The position numbers and the translations under genes are program-made. A stretch of DNA of 52,229 nucleotides from Candidatus Aenigmatarchaeota archaeon (lineage in GTDB: Archaea > Aenigmatarchaeota > Aenigmatarchaeia > JACPZZ01): contig JACPZZ010000029.1 of NCBI GenBank assembly GCA_016195275.1, forward strand, positions 1 to 52,229, in the 5' to 3' direction. This document shows positions 36,251 through 46,222 of this stretch, piece after piece. The notes under the pieces were generated by a model that saw only the letters and a program-made list of their open reading frames with translations, did not search any database and was not told the DNA's origin. Numbering within the stretch: position 1 is the first letter of the stretch; every line of letters begins with the position of its first letter.

Positions 36251-36568
36251 ATGGACAAATTGCATATCAAAAAGAAACGTATGGGCACTGCGCTCAACAA
36301 GGAACTGAGGGCCCAGTTGAAAAGAAGGTCTGTCGGAATACGTAAAGGCGACCAGGTAAGGATAATCAAAGGCAAGTTCAAAAACATCGAAGGTACGGTA
36401 ACGTCCGTGGATCTTAAAAAGATGAGAGTTTACGTTGACAATGCCGTTGTTAAAAAGAAAAGCGGAGAACAGGTGCAGGTTCCGTTAACAACGTCGAAAT
36501 TAAGAATAACCAAGCTGTTCACAACGGATAAAAACAGGCAGGTCGCGCTTGGACAAAACAAGGTGTAA
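36251..36568 (+). CDS. rpl24: 50S ribosomal protein L24
   Basis: IRKGDQVRIIKGKFK KOW motif; operon position. Confidence 0.9.
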   Translation: MDKLHIKKKRMGTALNKELRAQLKRRSVGIRKGDQVRIIKGKFKNIEGTVTSVDLKKMRVYVDNAVVKKKSGEQVQVPLTTSKLRITKLFTTDKNRQVALGQNKV

Positions 36569-36570
36569 AA

Positions 36571-37266
36571 ATGAGGTTAAAAAGGCAGATGGCTCCAAAA
36601 TTTTGGAGAATAGAAACGAAAACGAGGGCGTTAACAACCAGCCCAAGCGCTGGGCCGCATCCGGCATTTTCGTCCATACCATTAAGGATTATCATACGCG
36701 ACATCCTCGAGGTAGCCGAAAGCGCTTCTGAGGCTAAAACCATACTGAACGCGGGCAAGGCGCAGGTTGACGGCGTAATACGGAAAGACCCGGGATTCCC
36801 GGTGGGGCTGATGGATGTGGTTCACATGCCGGACATGCAGAAATATTACCGCGTCCTACCATCCCGTAAGGGATTGGTCGTTAAAGAGATGACCAAAGAT
36901 TATGATAAAAAAATGCTGAAGATAAAAAACAAGACGATCCTAAAAGGCAACAAGATACAACTTAACTTCCACGACGGCACCAATCTGATATCGGGCAAGA
37001 CGGATTACAAACCCAATGACGTGGTTGTTGTCAAGATACCTTCGAGAGAAATAGTGTCCCATGCTTCACTGGAAACGGGCGCGTCACTGCTTATAACCGG
37101 AGGCAAAAATGTGGGTAAAACAGCAAAACTTAAGAAAATCGAGAGGATCAGCGGCTCGCGCGCCGACGAATTAATCGTAGAAACCGAGGACGGCGACCAC
37201 AAAACCCAGACAAAGTTCGTTTTTGTTCTGGGAAAAGAAAAACCGCTGATCAGTTTGGGTGAGTGA
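36571..37266 (+). CDS. rps4e: 30S ribosomal protein S4e
   Basis: LKRQMAP, VDGVIRKDPGFPVGLMDV, QLNFHDG. Confidence 0.95.
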   Translation: MRLKRQMAPKFWRIETKTRALTTSPSAGPHPAFSSIPLRIIIRDILEVAESASEAKTILNAGKAQVDGVIRKDPGFPVGLMDVVHMPDMQKYYRVLPSRKGLVVKEMTKDYDKKMLKIKNKTILKGNKIQLNFHDGTNLISGKTDYKPNDVVVVKIPSREIVSHASLETGASLLITGGKNVGKTAKLKKIERISGSRADELIVETEDGDHKTQTKFVFVLGKEKPLISLGE

Positions 37267-37267
37267 A

Positions 37268-37771
37268 ATGAATCCTATGTTTCAAATTTCGATCGACAAG
37301 CTGACCTTAAACATGGGAGCCGGAGGGCCGGGAGAAAAACTGGAAAAATCGAAAAAATTACTTGAACGCGCAAGCGGGGAAAAAGGCGTCATAACGCACG
37401 CGCACAAAAGGTCAACTTTCGGCGTGGCAAAGGGCAGGCAGATAGGTGTCAAAGTCATAATGCGCGGCAAAAAAGCCGAGGAATTCCTGAAAAGGGTTCT
37501 TGAATCACTGGATAACAAAATAAAAGCCTCGCAATTCGACGATCATGGAAACTTTTCGGTGGGCGTTCACGAATACATAGACCTTCCCGGAATGAAATAC
37601 GACCCTTCGATAGGCATAATGGGATTCGATGTAGCGGTTACGTTGAAACGCGCCGGTTACCGCGTTTCGAAGAGAAGGATAAGGCCTGCGAAAATAGGGG
37701 GAAAACACCTTGTAACACGCGAGCAGGCAATGGAATGGACAAAAGAAACTATGGGGACTGAGGTCTTATGA
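37268..37771 (+). CDS. rpl5: 50S ribosomal protein L5
   Basis: [23 protein letters not shown]. Confidence 0.95.
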   Translation: MNPMFQISIDKLTLNMGAGGPGEKLEKSKKLLERASGEKGVITHAHKRSTFGVAKGRQIGVKVIMRGKKAEEFLKRVLESLDNKIKASQFDDHGNFSVGVHEYIDLPGMKYDPSIGIMGFDVAVTLKRAGYRVSKRRIRPAKIGGKHLVTREQAMEWTKETMGTEVL

Positions 37772-37926
37772 AGGCGATAAAAAGGGAAAGGAAGTTCGGA
37801 CCCGGATCACGGACATGCAGGAGATGCGGCAGGTACGGAGCGATAATAAGGAAATACGGGCTTAACTACTGCAGGCAATGTTTCAGGGAAGTGGCGAAAA
37901 GCGTCGGTTTCAGGAAATATAATTGA
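37768..37926 (+). CDS. rps14: 30S ribosomal protein S14 (Zn-binding; missing from ORF track)
   Basis: [52 protein letters not shown]. Confidence 0.95.
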   Translation: MKAIKRERKFGPGSRTCRRCGRYGAIIRKYGLNYCRQCFREVAKSVGFRKYN

Positions 37927-37937
37927 GGTGTAAAGAT

Positions 37938-38324
37938 ATGGCACAAGATTTACTCAATGAAGCGCTGACCGTGATCAGGAATGCGGAGCGTGCTGGAAAA
38001 ACGGAGTGCACAACCCCGGCATCGGAACTCATCAAAGACGTACTGCTGGTCATGCAAAAGAACGGGTATATAGGAAACTTCGAGCGCATGGACGACAAGA
38101 AATCGGGAAGATTCAAAATAGAACTTATGATGAAGATAAACGACTGCGGCGCAATATCCCCAAGATTTTCCATCAGCCTGAAAAAAATGGAAAAAAAAGA
38201 AATTGTTTACCTGCCTGCAAAAGATTTCGGCATACTTGTACTGTCCACCAGCAAAGGTGTGATGGATCAAAAAGAAGCCAAGTCCAAAAAAATAGGCGGC
38301 AAATTGATTTCATTTGTTTATTGA
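37938..38324 (+). CDS. rps8: 30S ribosomal protein S8
   Basis: GYIGNFE, INDCGAISPRF, LSTSKGVM. Confidence 0.95.
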   Translation: MAQDLLNEALTVIRNAERAGKTECTTPASELIKDVLLVMQKNGYIGNFERMDDKKSGRFKIELMMKINDCGAISPRFSISLKKMEKKEIVYLPAKDFGILVLSTSKGVMDQKEAKSKKIGGKLISFVY

Positions 38325-38334
38325 CGTGATTAAT

Positions 38335-38853
38335 ATGCGAATTTTACAGATACCGGAGGATGTCAGCATAGAAATAAGCAACAATGACATAGTCGTGAAA
38401 GGGAAACTCGGAACTGTCAAGAAAAACGTGGCTATGGAAGCTGTTGAAATCAAGAAAGAGGATGGCAAAATAACCATTAACCCGAAAAGCGAAAGGCGGC
38501 AGTCGAAATCCATGGCAGGGACAGTGCTGTCTCATATAGAAAACATGTTTACAGGCGTGACGAAAGGGTGGACTTACACTTTGAAAATACTTTACCTGCA
38601 CTTTCCAATGACCGTAAAAGTGGAGAAGGAAAAGGTTGTAATATCAAACTTCCTCGGAGAAAGGACGCCGCGGGTTGCCGGTGTTGTAGGTGACACAAAA
38701 ACGGAGGTAAAGGGGGACCAAATAATAGTAACGGGCCCGGATATCGAAGACGTGAGCCGGACAGCATCGAATATAGAACGCGCAACCCGCATAAAATCCT
38801 ATGATAGAAGGGTTTTCCAGGACGGAATTTTCATAACTTCAAAAGGAGATTAA
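38335..38853 (+). CDS. rpl6: 50S ribosomal protein L6
   Basis: HFPMTV, NFLGER, DRRVFQDGIFI. Confidence 0.95.
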   Translation: MRILQIPEDVSIEISNNDIVVKGKLGTVKKNVAMEAVEIKKEDGKITINPKSERRQSKSMAGTVLSHIENMFTGVTKGWTYTLKILYLHFPMTVKVEKEKVVISNFLGERTPRVAGVVGDTKTEVKGDQIIVTGPDIEDVSRTASNIERATRIKSYDRRVFQDGIFITSKGD

Positions 38854-38855
38854 AA

Positions 38856-39194
38856 ATGAGTAAAAATTTCAGAAGGCAGGAAAAATACGCGGAGAAAAGG
38901 GTTAACAACAAAAGCTGGCGAAAGCCGCGCGGAATAAACTCAAAAATGCGCATGCGCGAAGGCGGCAAGCCTATGGTTGTACGCGTTGGCCATCGCACCG
39001 CCAACCGCAAGAGAGGTTTCCACCCGTCGGGTTTCAGGGAAGTGCTTGTAAACAACGAAAAACAGATAGCCCTGATAACCAAAGTTGCGGACGGCAAGAC
39101 AGCGGTTAGAATAGCGTCTACGGTGGGCGGAAAGAAGCGCGCTGCCATACTGAAAATGGCTGATGAAGCCAAATTAAAGATATTGAACAGGTGA
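38856..39194 (+). CDS. rpl32e: 50S ribosomal protein L32e
   Basis: FRRQE...WRKPRG..SKMR, RGFHPSG. Confidence 0.93.
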   Translation: MSKNFRRQEKYAEKRVNNKSWRKPRGINSKMRMREGGKPMVVRVGHRTANRKRGFHPSGFREVLVNNEKQIALITKVADGKTAVRIASTVGGKKRAAILKMADEAKLKILNR

Positions 39195-39199
39195 AATTA

Positions 39200-39685
39200 A
39201 TGAACACTTCGGTACAAAGACGGATTGCGGCAAAAATATTGAAATGCGGAAAAAACAGGGTTTGGACGGATCCGCAAAAGTTGAAGGACATATCCGAGGC
39301 TATAACCAGGGAAGACGTGCGCAGGCTGATAAAGAGCGGTGCCATAGTCAAATCCGCAGAAGAAGCGCCTTCGAGGGCTGTGATAAGGACACGCGCCGCC
39401 AAAAGGAGAAAAGGCCGGCGTTCAGGGCAAGGCAGCCGCAAGGGTTCCTTCGAATCGCGCACAGGCAACGAGCAGAAACTAAGATGGATAAAAACTATAA
39501 GGCCGCAGAGGCGGATGATTGGAGAATTAAAGGCTTCCGGAGCGATAAACAATGAAACTTACAAAAGACTTTACAAACTTTCCAAGGGTGGTGTTTTCCG
39601 CAGCCGCAAACACTTGGAACTTTACATAAAAGAACACAAATTGCTGGTTGAAAAGGGTGTGAATAAGCCTTTCAAAAAGGCTTAA
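39200..39685 (+). CDS. rpl19e: 50S ribosomal protein L19e
   Basis: QRRIAAKILKCGKNRVW, GQGSRKG, KGGVF. Confidence 0.95.
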   Translation: MNTSVQRRIAAKILKCGKNRVWTDPQKLKDISEAITREDVRRLIKSGAIVKSAEEAPSRAVIRTRAAKRRKGRRSGQGSRKGSFESRTGNEQKLRWIKTIRPQRRMIGELKASGAINNETYKRLYKLSKGGVFRSRKHLELYIKEHKLLVEKGVNKPFKKA

Positions 39686-39713
39686 GCGAAAGAGAATGTG
39701 AGAAGGGTTTAAA

Positions 39714-40283
39714 ATGATGAGGTTACAATTCCGCCGAAGGCGTGAAAATAGGACGGATTACAACAAGCGACTCGGTCTGCTTCGTTCAGGCAAAACAAGA
39801 CTGGTTGTGAGAAAAACACTGCGCCACTATTCGGCCCAACTGATTGACTACACCCAGCAGGGCGACAGGGTTATCGCTGCCGCAAACAGCCTTGAGTTGA
39901 AAAAATTCGGCTGGCTGCTGCCAACAGGCAACTTACCGTCGGCATATCTTACAGGTTTTTTGTGCGGGTTGAAGGCAAAAGGCAAGGTCAGGGAAGCAGT
40001 TCTGGATATCGGCCTTCACGATTCCACCAAGGGAGGCGCAATATACGCGGCTATGAAAGGCGCTGTCGACGCCGGTATAACGATTCCTCACAGCAGCGAA
40101 ATTTTGCCTGCCGCAGACAGGATCACCGGCAAACACATAGCCGATTATGCGGAAATGCTGAAAAAGTCTGACCAGGCAGAATTCAAGAAGCGCTTTGCGT
40201 CTTACCTGAAAAATAATGCCAAACCCGAACAAATTGCAAAGACATTCGAAGAGACGAAAAAGGCGCTGCTGATGAAGTTTTGA
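39714..40283 (+). CDS. rpl18: 50S ribosomal protein L18
   Basis: RRRRENRTDY, RLVVRKT, NLPSAYLTG, GAVDAG. Confidence 0.95.
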   Translation: MMRLQFRRRRENRTDYNKRLGLLRSGKTRLVVRKTLRHYSAQLIDYTQQGDRVIAAANSLELKKFGWLLPTGNLPSAYLTGFLCGLKAKGKVREAVLDIGLHDSTKGGAIYAAMKGAVDAGITIPHSSEILPAADRITGKHIADYAEMLKKSDQAEFKKRFASYLKNNAKPEQIAKTFEETKKALLMKF

Positions 40284-40371
40284 GACCGAACATTTTGCGG
40301 TGTCCTATCCTTATGAAAAAAGCGTTCTAACTTAGCAGACCACAAAAAACACGCAAGTTGAAACTAAAACA

Positions 40372-41022
40372 TTACAACCCGTCCAGAAAACCTTTTCCTC
40401 GCTCTCCGGATATGTCATCAATTATTCTTGTTGATAAATAATCGAATGCATTTGCATACAATTCCAGAATAGACAAGTCTTTGTATCTCCATTCTATTGG
40501 TTCATAACCGTCTGCCAAATTATCCAATAAATTTTTAGCAGCGCCCCCCGACGCCCCCAGAGGATATACAGGGCAATCCTTTAGCACTCTTCTCATTGTG
40601 GCCAATTTGCACCTTTCGTTCCCTTTTTGATAAAAATTATCATCACCGCCTATGAGTATGATGCCCTGAACTGGGTTTTTAGCCACGAAATCTGCAAGAT
40701 CTTCTTGAAAAGCCCTTCCTGTTCCACCAGCAAGATACGATTGCATTTCTTCTGTCAATTGGCCTGTTCCTTTTACTTCGGCCACATCCACTAAAGAATG
40801 ATCTTGCAAAAGGTATTGGTAAAAATGTTCTCCTATGTGAAGCATCAACGGTGTTGTTACAGCATCGTACGGAGTAACAATTCTTCCTTCTGATCTAAAA
40901 ATAGACTCGGTAACTGCCACGACGGCATCGGTTACGTCATAATATCTTTGGCTCGTTACTATCTTTGATAAAATCGCGATAGATTTATCTTTTAACCTAT
41001 GATCAGGGTATGTAAGGGACAT
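40372..41022 (-). CDS. Hypothetical protein, possibly SLOG-superfamily nucleotide-binding
   Basis: GIILIGGD and PVYPLGASGGAA resemble SLOG/LOG-like glycine motifs. Confidence 0.5.
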   Translation of the reverse strand: MSLTYPDHRLKDKSIAILSKIVTSQRYYDVTDAVVAVTESIFRSEGRIVTPYDAVTTPLMLHIGEHFYQYLLQDHSLVDVAEVKGTGQLTEEMQSYLAGGTGRAFQEDLADFVAKNPVQGIILIGGDDNFYQKGNERCKLATMRRVLKDCPVYPLGASGGAAKNLLDNLADGYEPIEWRYKDLSILELYANAFDYLSTRIIDDISGERGKGFLDGL

Positions 41023-41124
41023 TCTATGACCATTATCGTTTCTATTTAAGTAGTTAAGGATTTAAATCCGCGTCCCGCCAGTTGCAGACTAGTGGTATTA
41101 CGCTATAAATAACATACTCGTTAC

Positions 41125-41560
41125 CTAAACAACTATCCCTTCTCTCAAGGCCTCGCTAACTATGGAATAAACAGCAAAATATCAACAGGATAATCAATTT
41201 TCTGCTTCAAATGCCATTCGTCATAAAGTTCCGGCGTTATCGTAAAATGTTCCTTTAACCCGAATCTTCTGCTTACAACGATTATATCGACATCGCTGTC
41301 CCTTGTCATTTCTCCCCGTGCAGCAGAACCAAAGATTATAATTTTATCTACAAAAAATTTTTTTTGATGGCATTTTCGAACCTTTTGCCCATTTTACAAC
41401 CGCCTTGCTGCATTTTACTGCGTCTTCAGCCATTCTTTTGTTGTAGTTTATTCCACAATCTTTTGAATTTCAAAATATACAAAGCTTTCAGCGCTTTCTC
41501 GGCTGCTTGGTGTGAGAGGAACGCGGCCACGTCAAACAGGTTTTGTTTCAGGTTTATCTA
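41125..41560 (-). pseudogene. Decayed HEPN + minimal nucleotidyltransferase (MNT) toxin-antitoxin pair
   Basis: HEPN fragments AAFLSHQAAEKALKAL and YNKRMAEDAVKCSKAVVKW. MNT fragments IIIFGSAARGEMTRDSDVDIIVV and IVSEALREGIVV. Broken by frameshifts and deletions. Confidence 0.8.
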
Positions 41561-41591
41561 CCACATTATAACGCTGTGACCGCTTAATATT

Positions 41592-42020
41592 ATGCTGCTT
41601 CTTTCAACCCTTCAAAACATTATTATTACCCCTGCAAACGAGATTATTATCATGGTCAACACCTACTTGTGGAATTTCCTGATATTTTCCGGCTTTTCGC
41701 TGACAATAGTTTACATCTTCGCGTCCTATTTCATATTGAAATTCGTTTACGAAAGGTACAAAAAACGTGAGCGTCCCCTTTCATGGCTGGGTTTGGTCGT
41801 GTCCATACTGGTGATAGGCGCGGCTAACTTATCCGAAGCGTCTTACCACGCTTACAATGCGCTGACAGGCAGCATTTTCGGGGAGCCGTACATACTTTTT
41901 GACAGTCAGGTTTCCAGGTCCCTGTTGTTTTTCTCGCTGTTTTTCAAATATTACGCGGCCATGTTGCTGATACTGTTTGCCTTGTTACTTGCCCGCGAAA
42001 CCAGAAAGCCGATGAAATGA
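41592..42020 (+). CDS. Hypothetical membrane protein
   Basis: About 3 hydrophobic helices. Confidence 0.55.
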   Translation: MLLLSTLQNIIITPANEIIIMVNTYLWNFLIFSGFSLTIVYIFASYFILKFVYERYKKRERPLSWLGLVVSILVIGAANLSEASYHAYNALTGSIFGEPYILFDSQVSRSLLFFSLFFKYYAAMLLILFALLLARETRKPMK

Positions 42021-42129
42021 TTTTGCCTGCCAAATTCGTCCAAAAATACGTCTTTTGACGTAAAAATTCGACAAGCGACGAATATGTGTTTAAATCAACA
42101 ACTTCCCAATAAGGCTTAGGTGAAACGAC

Positions 42130-42435
42130 ATGGCTGTTGGCTTGGAACTATTAGGTAGTCCAGTCACAAGTGTGTTCGTCGTACTCGCATTGGCTGAGTA
42201 CACAGGTATCCGAAAGATGGCCGAGAAGGCTTTCAACTGGATCGCCGCAGGCGGAGTATTGCTACTCCTATCCGGCGTAACAGCTGAGAGCTTGGGATCC
42301 GGAACACTAGGTATGGTGGGTCTGGGTTCGTTGTCTTTCGGAGGCCAGCTCGCAGGGCTTTTCAGCGTCCTGGGCGGTATATCCGTCTTGGTCGGAGCTT
42401 TGCTGGCGGCATTGACACTTCTTCAGGAAACTTAA
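42130..42435 (+). CDS. Small Gly/Leu-rich membrane protein
   Basis: AGGTGA RBS, upstream TTTAAA box, 3 hydrophobic helices. Confidence 0.7.
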   Translation: MAVGLELLGSPVTSVFVVLALAEYTGIRKMAEKAFNWIAAGGVLLLLSGVTAESLGSGTLGMVGLGSLSFGGQLAGLFSVLGGISVLVGALLAALTLLQET

Positions 42436-42519
42436 GCTTCCTGCAAGTCTTGCCAGACCAACGAACAAAACTGTGGATTGGTGATCACTACTTCTTTTAA
42501 TTTATTTTTTTGCTTAGAG

Positions 42520-42846
42520 ATGTTTTTATCAAGATATCGCCGCTTGGAAGTCGATTGGTTTCAAAACCCTAATTGCGACCCTTTGAAAACAAAGTACGAA
42601 AGTTTAGATGATGGTTGGCATGTTTTTGAACAGGGTTTCCCAGACTCCCGTAGATATGGAAAATTGGTTAATTTCCGCGATGTGGAAAAGCGTGAAGGAG
42701 GAGGAGGCGGTTTCGTCCTTGGTCCTATAGTTGCTACGGATACTGATCTGGGTCAACCGGGCTTTGATTTTTTTGCTGCCAATGCACCGTTTGTGAGAGA
42801 AAGTGAAGAAAGTAGCGTGTCTAAGTTATTTTTCCAAGAAGCCTAA
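42520..42846 (+). CDS. Hypothetical protein
   Basis: ~108-aa ORF; no family recognised. Confidence 0.45.
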   Translation: MFLSRYRRLEVDWFQNPNCDPLKTKYESLDDGWHVFEQGFPDSRRYGKLVNFRDVEKREGGGGGFVLGPIVATDTDLGQPGFDFFAANAPFVRESEESSVSKLFFQEA

Positions 42847-42855
42847 TAATTACCA

Positions 42856-43386
42856 ATGAACCGCAGAATTTTGATATTATCGGTTATCGTCGTTATTATA
42901 TTAGCCGTTTTTGTGTTCGAAAAGCTGCAACCGCCCCTTGAGATGCATGTCTTAACCATACTTTCCCGAGGCGGAACAGAGGCTGGCGATAATGCAACCG
43001 ACTTTATTCTGGAAAGTTTCAACGGTACAGACATCAAGCTGGACAGCTTTATCGGCAAAAAAGCGATCGTGCTCCATTTCTGGTCTCTGGAGTCGGCGGG
43101 TGAATTAACGCAACTACAGACCGTACGCAACTTCTTCGGGGACAAGGTTGAGATAATCGGGGTATACCCGGAGATAGACTCTTCGAAAGCAAGAAATGCG
43201 GTAAAAGATATGGCATTAACCTTCCCGATGCTTATTGATCCAACAGGACAGGCCAAACAAGCTTACGAAGTTTTCATAACGCCCACGACTTATTTCATAG
43301 ACACGTCCGGCGTTATAACAGACAAAAAGGAAGGCGCTTTAACCGAACAGGAACTGAATGAGAAACTGAAACTGCTGATCAAATAA
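42856..43386 (+). CDS. Membrane-anchored TlpA/ResA-like thioredoxin-fold protein lacking CxxC
   Basis: ATDFILESFNG..IKL, VLHFW, FPMLID, PTTYFID..G.I. Confidence 0.75.
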   Translation: MNRRILILSVIVVIILAVFVFEKLQPPLEMHVLTILSRGGTEAGDNATDFILESFNGTDIKLDSFIGKKAIVLHFWSLESAGELTQLQTVRNFFGDKVEIIGVYPEIDSSKARNAVKDMALTFPMLIDPTGQAKQAYEVFITPTTYFIDTSGVITDKKEGALTEQELNEKLKLLIK

Positions 43387-44133
43387 CTAACGCCGATAAT
43401 TCCATTCATCAGTTTTGTACCTTTCTTCTGCGAGTTCTTTTGCCCTGTAAACCTCTTCCTCGCTCAAACAGCCCATTTCATAATCCTTGCCGTCCGTAAA
43501 ACCTTTTAACACCGAATCATAAACGTCCTGAACCGAAAAATTTCCGAAATTCAGGACTTTCGTTACCCTTTCTTCAACCGATTGTATCATTTTGTCTGAT
43601 ATCTTTTCCCTGGGAACTTTCAGAAGCGTGAACATGGTACGCACATCCAGGTCGTAAAGTAATGTGCCATGTTGCAGCAAAACGCCGTTGCGCCGAGTCT
43701 GCGCATTGCCGGAAATTTTCTTGCCGCCTGCTATTATGTCGTTAATAGGCTTGAATTCGGATTCTATGCCGAGGTTTTTCAGCGATCCTGTTATCCACCC
43801 GCAGATCATTTGATACGACTCCCTGATTCCCGAAGGCATGCCAGATTCCGGAGCGATGACGCTGTAGGTTATCTCGCCTTTTGCATCGTGATAAACCGCG
43901 CCTCCGCCTGTGCGACGACGGACTATATCAACGCTTAACTCCTTGGCAACGTTAACGTCAACTTCATCGTTCAAGTTCTGGAAATAGCCTATTGAGACGG
44001 CCGAAGGCTTCCATGTGTAAAATCTTACCGTAGGCGGCGATTTGCCCGCAGCAACAGCTTCGCAGACTGCCTCGTCGACTGCCATGTTAGTAAACGCATC
44101 GCCCGTTTGCAGGGGGATGACACGCCATTTCAT
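43387..44133 (-). CDS. lplA: Lipoate-protein ligase A, catalytic N-terminal domain
   Basis: NMAVDEA, SIGYFQ, RRRTGGGAVYHD, KKISGNAQ, LQHGTLL. Confidence 0.92.
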   Translation of the reverse strand: MKWRVIPLQTGDAFTNMAVDEAVCEAVAAGKSPPTVRFYTWKPSAVSIGYFQNLNDEVDVNVAKELSVDIVRRRTGGGAVYHDAKGEITYSVIAPESGMPSGIRESYQMICGWITGSLKNLGIESEFKPINDIIAGGKKISGNAQTRRNGVLLQHGTLLYDLDVRTMFTLLKVPREKISDKMIQSVEERVTKVLNFGNFSVQDVYDSVLKGFTDGKDYEMGCLSEEEVYRAKELAEERYKTDEWNYRR

Positions 44134-44420
44134 CGGTTTTCACCCAATGCCCTGATCACGTTCCTCGCTATTGCAGCCGCATCTATGCCGACCAAGTCAG
44201 CGCCTGTTTTTACTATTACACCATCTATTTTGTTTTGCATTTCCTGCTCACGCACGCCCAAATCCAGCCCGCCCAAAGAAACTTCTATCTTTTCTATAAC
44301 ATCTTCCGGGTGGGCAAAAAAATCACCGGTAATCTGGACTCTGTTTATTTTATCGCCGAAGTCAACCTTGACGCGCAAAAGCTTGCCGCCCTGAATTTTT
44401 TCCGTGGAAACGCCTTGCAT
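44130..44420 (-). CDS. Lipoate-protein ligase C-terminal (accessory) domain protein
   Basis: GGKLLRV...ITGDFFAHPE; overlaps the lplA start. Confidence 0.85.
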   Translation of the reverse strand: MQGVSTEKIQGGKLLRVKVDFGDKINRVQITGDFFAHPEDVIEKIEVSLGGLDLGVREQEMQNKIDGVIVKTGADLVGIDAAAIARNVIRALGENR

Positions 44421-44478
44421 ACAACACAATAATTCTGCAGAATTAAATAACCTTCGAACACAATATCATTTGATAGGC

Positions 44479-45018
44479 ATGACAGAGAAATCGAAAAAAC
44501 TGGTTGAAGCGGCATTATTCCTGTCTCAAAACCCGATTTCTGCGAAAAGCCTGGCGCAAATCGCGGGTGTAGCCGAAAAAGAAGCTGAGAAACTAGTCGA
44601 TGAGCTAAAAACAGAATACGCGGACCGTGGCATCGAGATAATTCAAACGCCCCTGGGCTGGCAAATTCATGTCAAAACGGAATTGATCGGCAAAGTGTCC
44701 CATTTGTCGCCTTATTCAGACTTGTCGGAAGGCGTGTTAAAAACGCTTGCGCTCGTTGTTTACAAGCACCCAGCGACGCAATCGTACCTGGTAAAAATGC
44801 AAGGCAACAAAGTTTACAACTACATAAAAAAACTCGAAGCCCGCGGCATGATAAAAACGCAAAAAAAGGGAAGGACGAAAGAAGTTTACGTCACGCAGGA
44901 ATTCGAAAACTACTTCGGAACCACTTTAGACGAGATAAAAAAACGCGTCGAAGAGCAGATAGCGGAAATAAAAGCCAAGCAGGCCAAATCAAAAAAGGCT
45001 GATGTAGATGTCGAGTAA
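44479..45018 (+). CDS. scpB: SMC-Scp complex subunit ScpB
   Basis: VEAALF, LKTLALVVYKHP, YVTQEFENYFG. Confidence 0.9.
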   Translation: MTEKSKKLVEAALFLSQNPISAKSLAQIAGVAEKEAEKLVDELKTEYADRGIEIIQTPLGWQIHVKTELIGKVSHLSPYSDLSEGVLKTLALVVYKHPATQSYLVKMQGNKVYNYIKKLEARGMIKTQKKGRTKEVYVTQEFENYFGTTLDEIKKRVEEQIAEIKAKQAKSKKADVDVE

Positions 45019-45661
45019 GAAACTTCCGAAGAACTGGCGCACGAAATTCAGGAATTTCATTACCAGCGACGGCTTTGTTGTTGTGATTGCATCGAATGCG
45101 GCGGACAAGGAAAAACTGGTATCGAAAATTGCGGAAGAGAATGATTTGGTTTTGCGTTCCGAAGATGCGGACTCGCCATTTGTTTTGCTTAAAACTAACA
45201 ACCAATTAAGCGAGACGGCGTTGAAAGAAGCTGTAGAATACACTGTCGCGCACTGTGTTCAATGGAACGATAAACTGGAAAACGCCAATGTGTACTGCGT
45301 CAAGCCTAATCAATTATCGAAAACCATTCCAACAGGCGAAACGCTTGCGAAAGGCTATTTTTTTGTCAACGGCGACAAGAAGTTTTTTAACAAGATCTAC
45401 GTCAAACTTTCAATAGGCGTTAAAATGGATGCGACAGGTAATGCGTTACTGGTTTCAGGCCCTGTGATGGCGGTTAGAAAAAATTCCGACTATTTCATTA
45501 CGCTGCTGCCCGGCACGGCAGAAGCTGCCACGATAGTAGACGAAATAAAACGAAAGCTGTTGCTGAAGGCCGCGCCGGAACACAAGGCGTTGCTGGAAAG
45601 CATGCCAATATCAGAAATTGCCAACATTTTGCCGGATGGGACAGTAAGAATAGCGGAATAA
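45008..45661 (+). CDS. NFACT-R (DUF814) RNA-binding domain protein
   Basis: WRTKFRNFITSDG...DSPF...QLSKT.PTGE.L.KGYF.V.G. Confidence 0.75.
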   Translation: MSSKKLPKNWRTKFRNFITSDGFVVVIASNAADKEKLVSKIAEENDLVLRSEDADSPFVLLKTNNQLSETALKEAVEYTVAHCVQWNDKLENANVYCVKPNQLSKTIPTGETLAKGYFFVNGDKKFFNKIYVKLSIGVKMDATGNALLVSGPVMAVRKNSDYFITLLPGTAEAATIVDEIKRKLLLKAAPEHKALLESMPISEIANILPDGTVRIAE

Positions 45662-45695
45662 GTTCTATAAATACTCACAACTTATTATTTGACAT

Positions 45696-46157
45696 ATGCC
45701 ATCTATCGACGAAGAAGCGAGGAATATGATGCATAACCTGTTTAGTTCTGAAGTTTTCAGAGGCTACGAATCTTCTTTTCGCACCAATTTCCAGACGTTG
45801 AGAAAAGGCGTAGACCCAAAAGTCCAAAAAAAACCCTATGAGCAGTTCCTTGTCGCATTTGCGGCCTTTGAGCTTGCGGGACCTGACAATATTGATGAAG
45901 CCCTCGGTATCGCATTTCCTGCCGGTGTTGAAAGCGCCGACTTCAGAACGGTTTACGACAGAATAGTAACCAATAAAAATTTATTTGAAGTCCAGTACGA
46001 TGATAGTGACATGCCAGTTGCATACAGATTACACACAAACGGCAGATTCGGTAGGCGGGATGTGCACGGAGAATTGCACATTTTGCCGGAAGGTGTGGAA
46101 AAGGGCGGCTTTATAAGATACTCTGAAATAGCAGAGTGGCTCAGGCAAAACAGATAA
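45696..46157 (+). CDS. Hypothetical protein
   Basis: 153-aa ORF after a TATAAATA box. Confidence 0.6.
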   Translation: MPSIDEEARNMMHNLFSSEVFRGYESSFRTNFQTLRKGVDPKVQKKPYEQFLVAFAAFELAGPDNIDEALGIAFPAGVESADFRTVYDRIVTNKNLFEVQYDDSDMPVAYRLHTNGRFGRRDVHGELHILPEGVEKGGFIRYSEIAEWLRQNR

Positions 46158-46222
46158 AGCACAGGCGTTATCGGAACCTCAAAGACCGTATTGTTTTTAA
46201 CCTTGTGTGCTGAATCTCATTC

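Noticed and set aside
6593-40232. Numerous antisense and alternate-frame ORFs over rpo, EF and r-protein genes
   Set aside because: Shadow ORFs of well-identified conserved genes.
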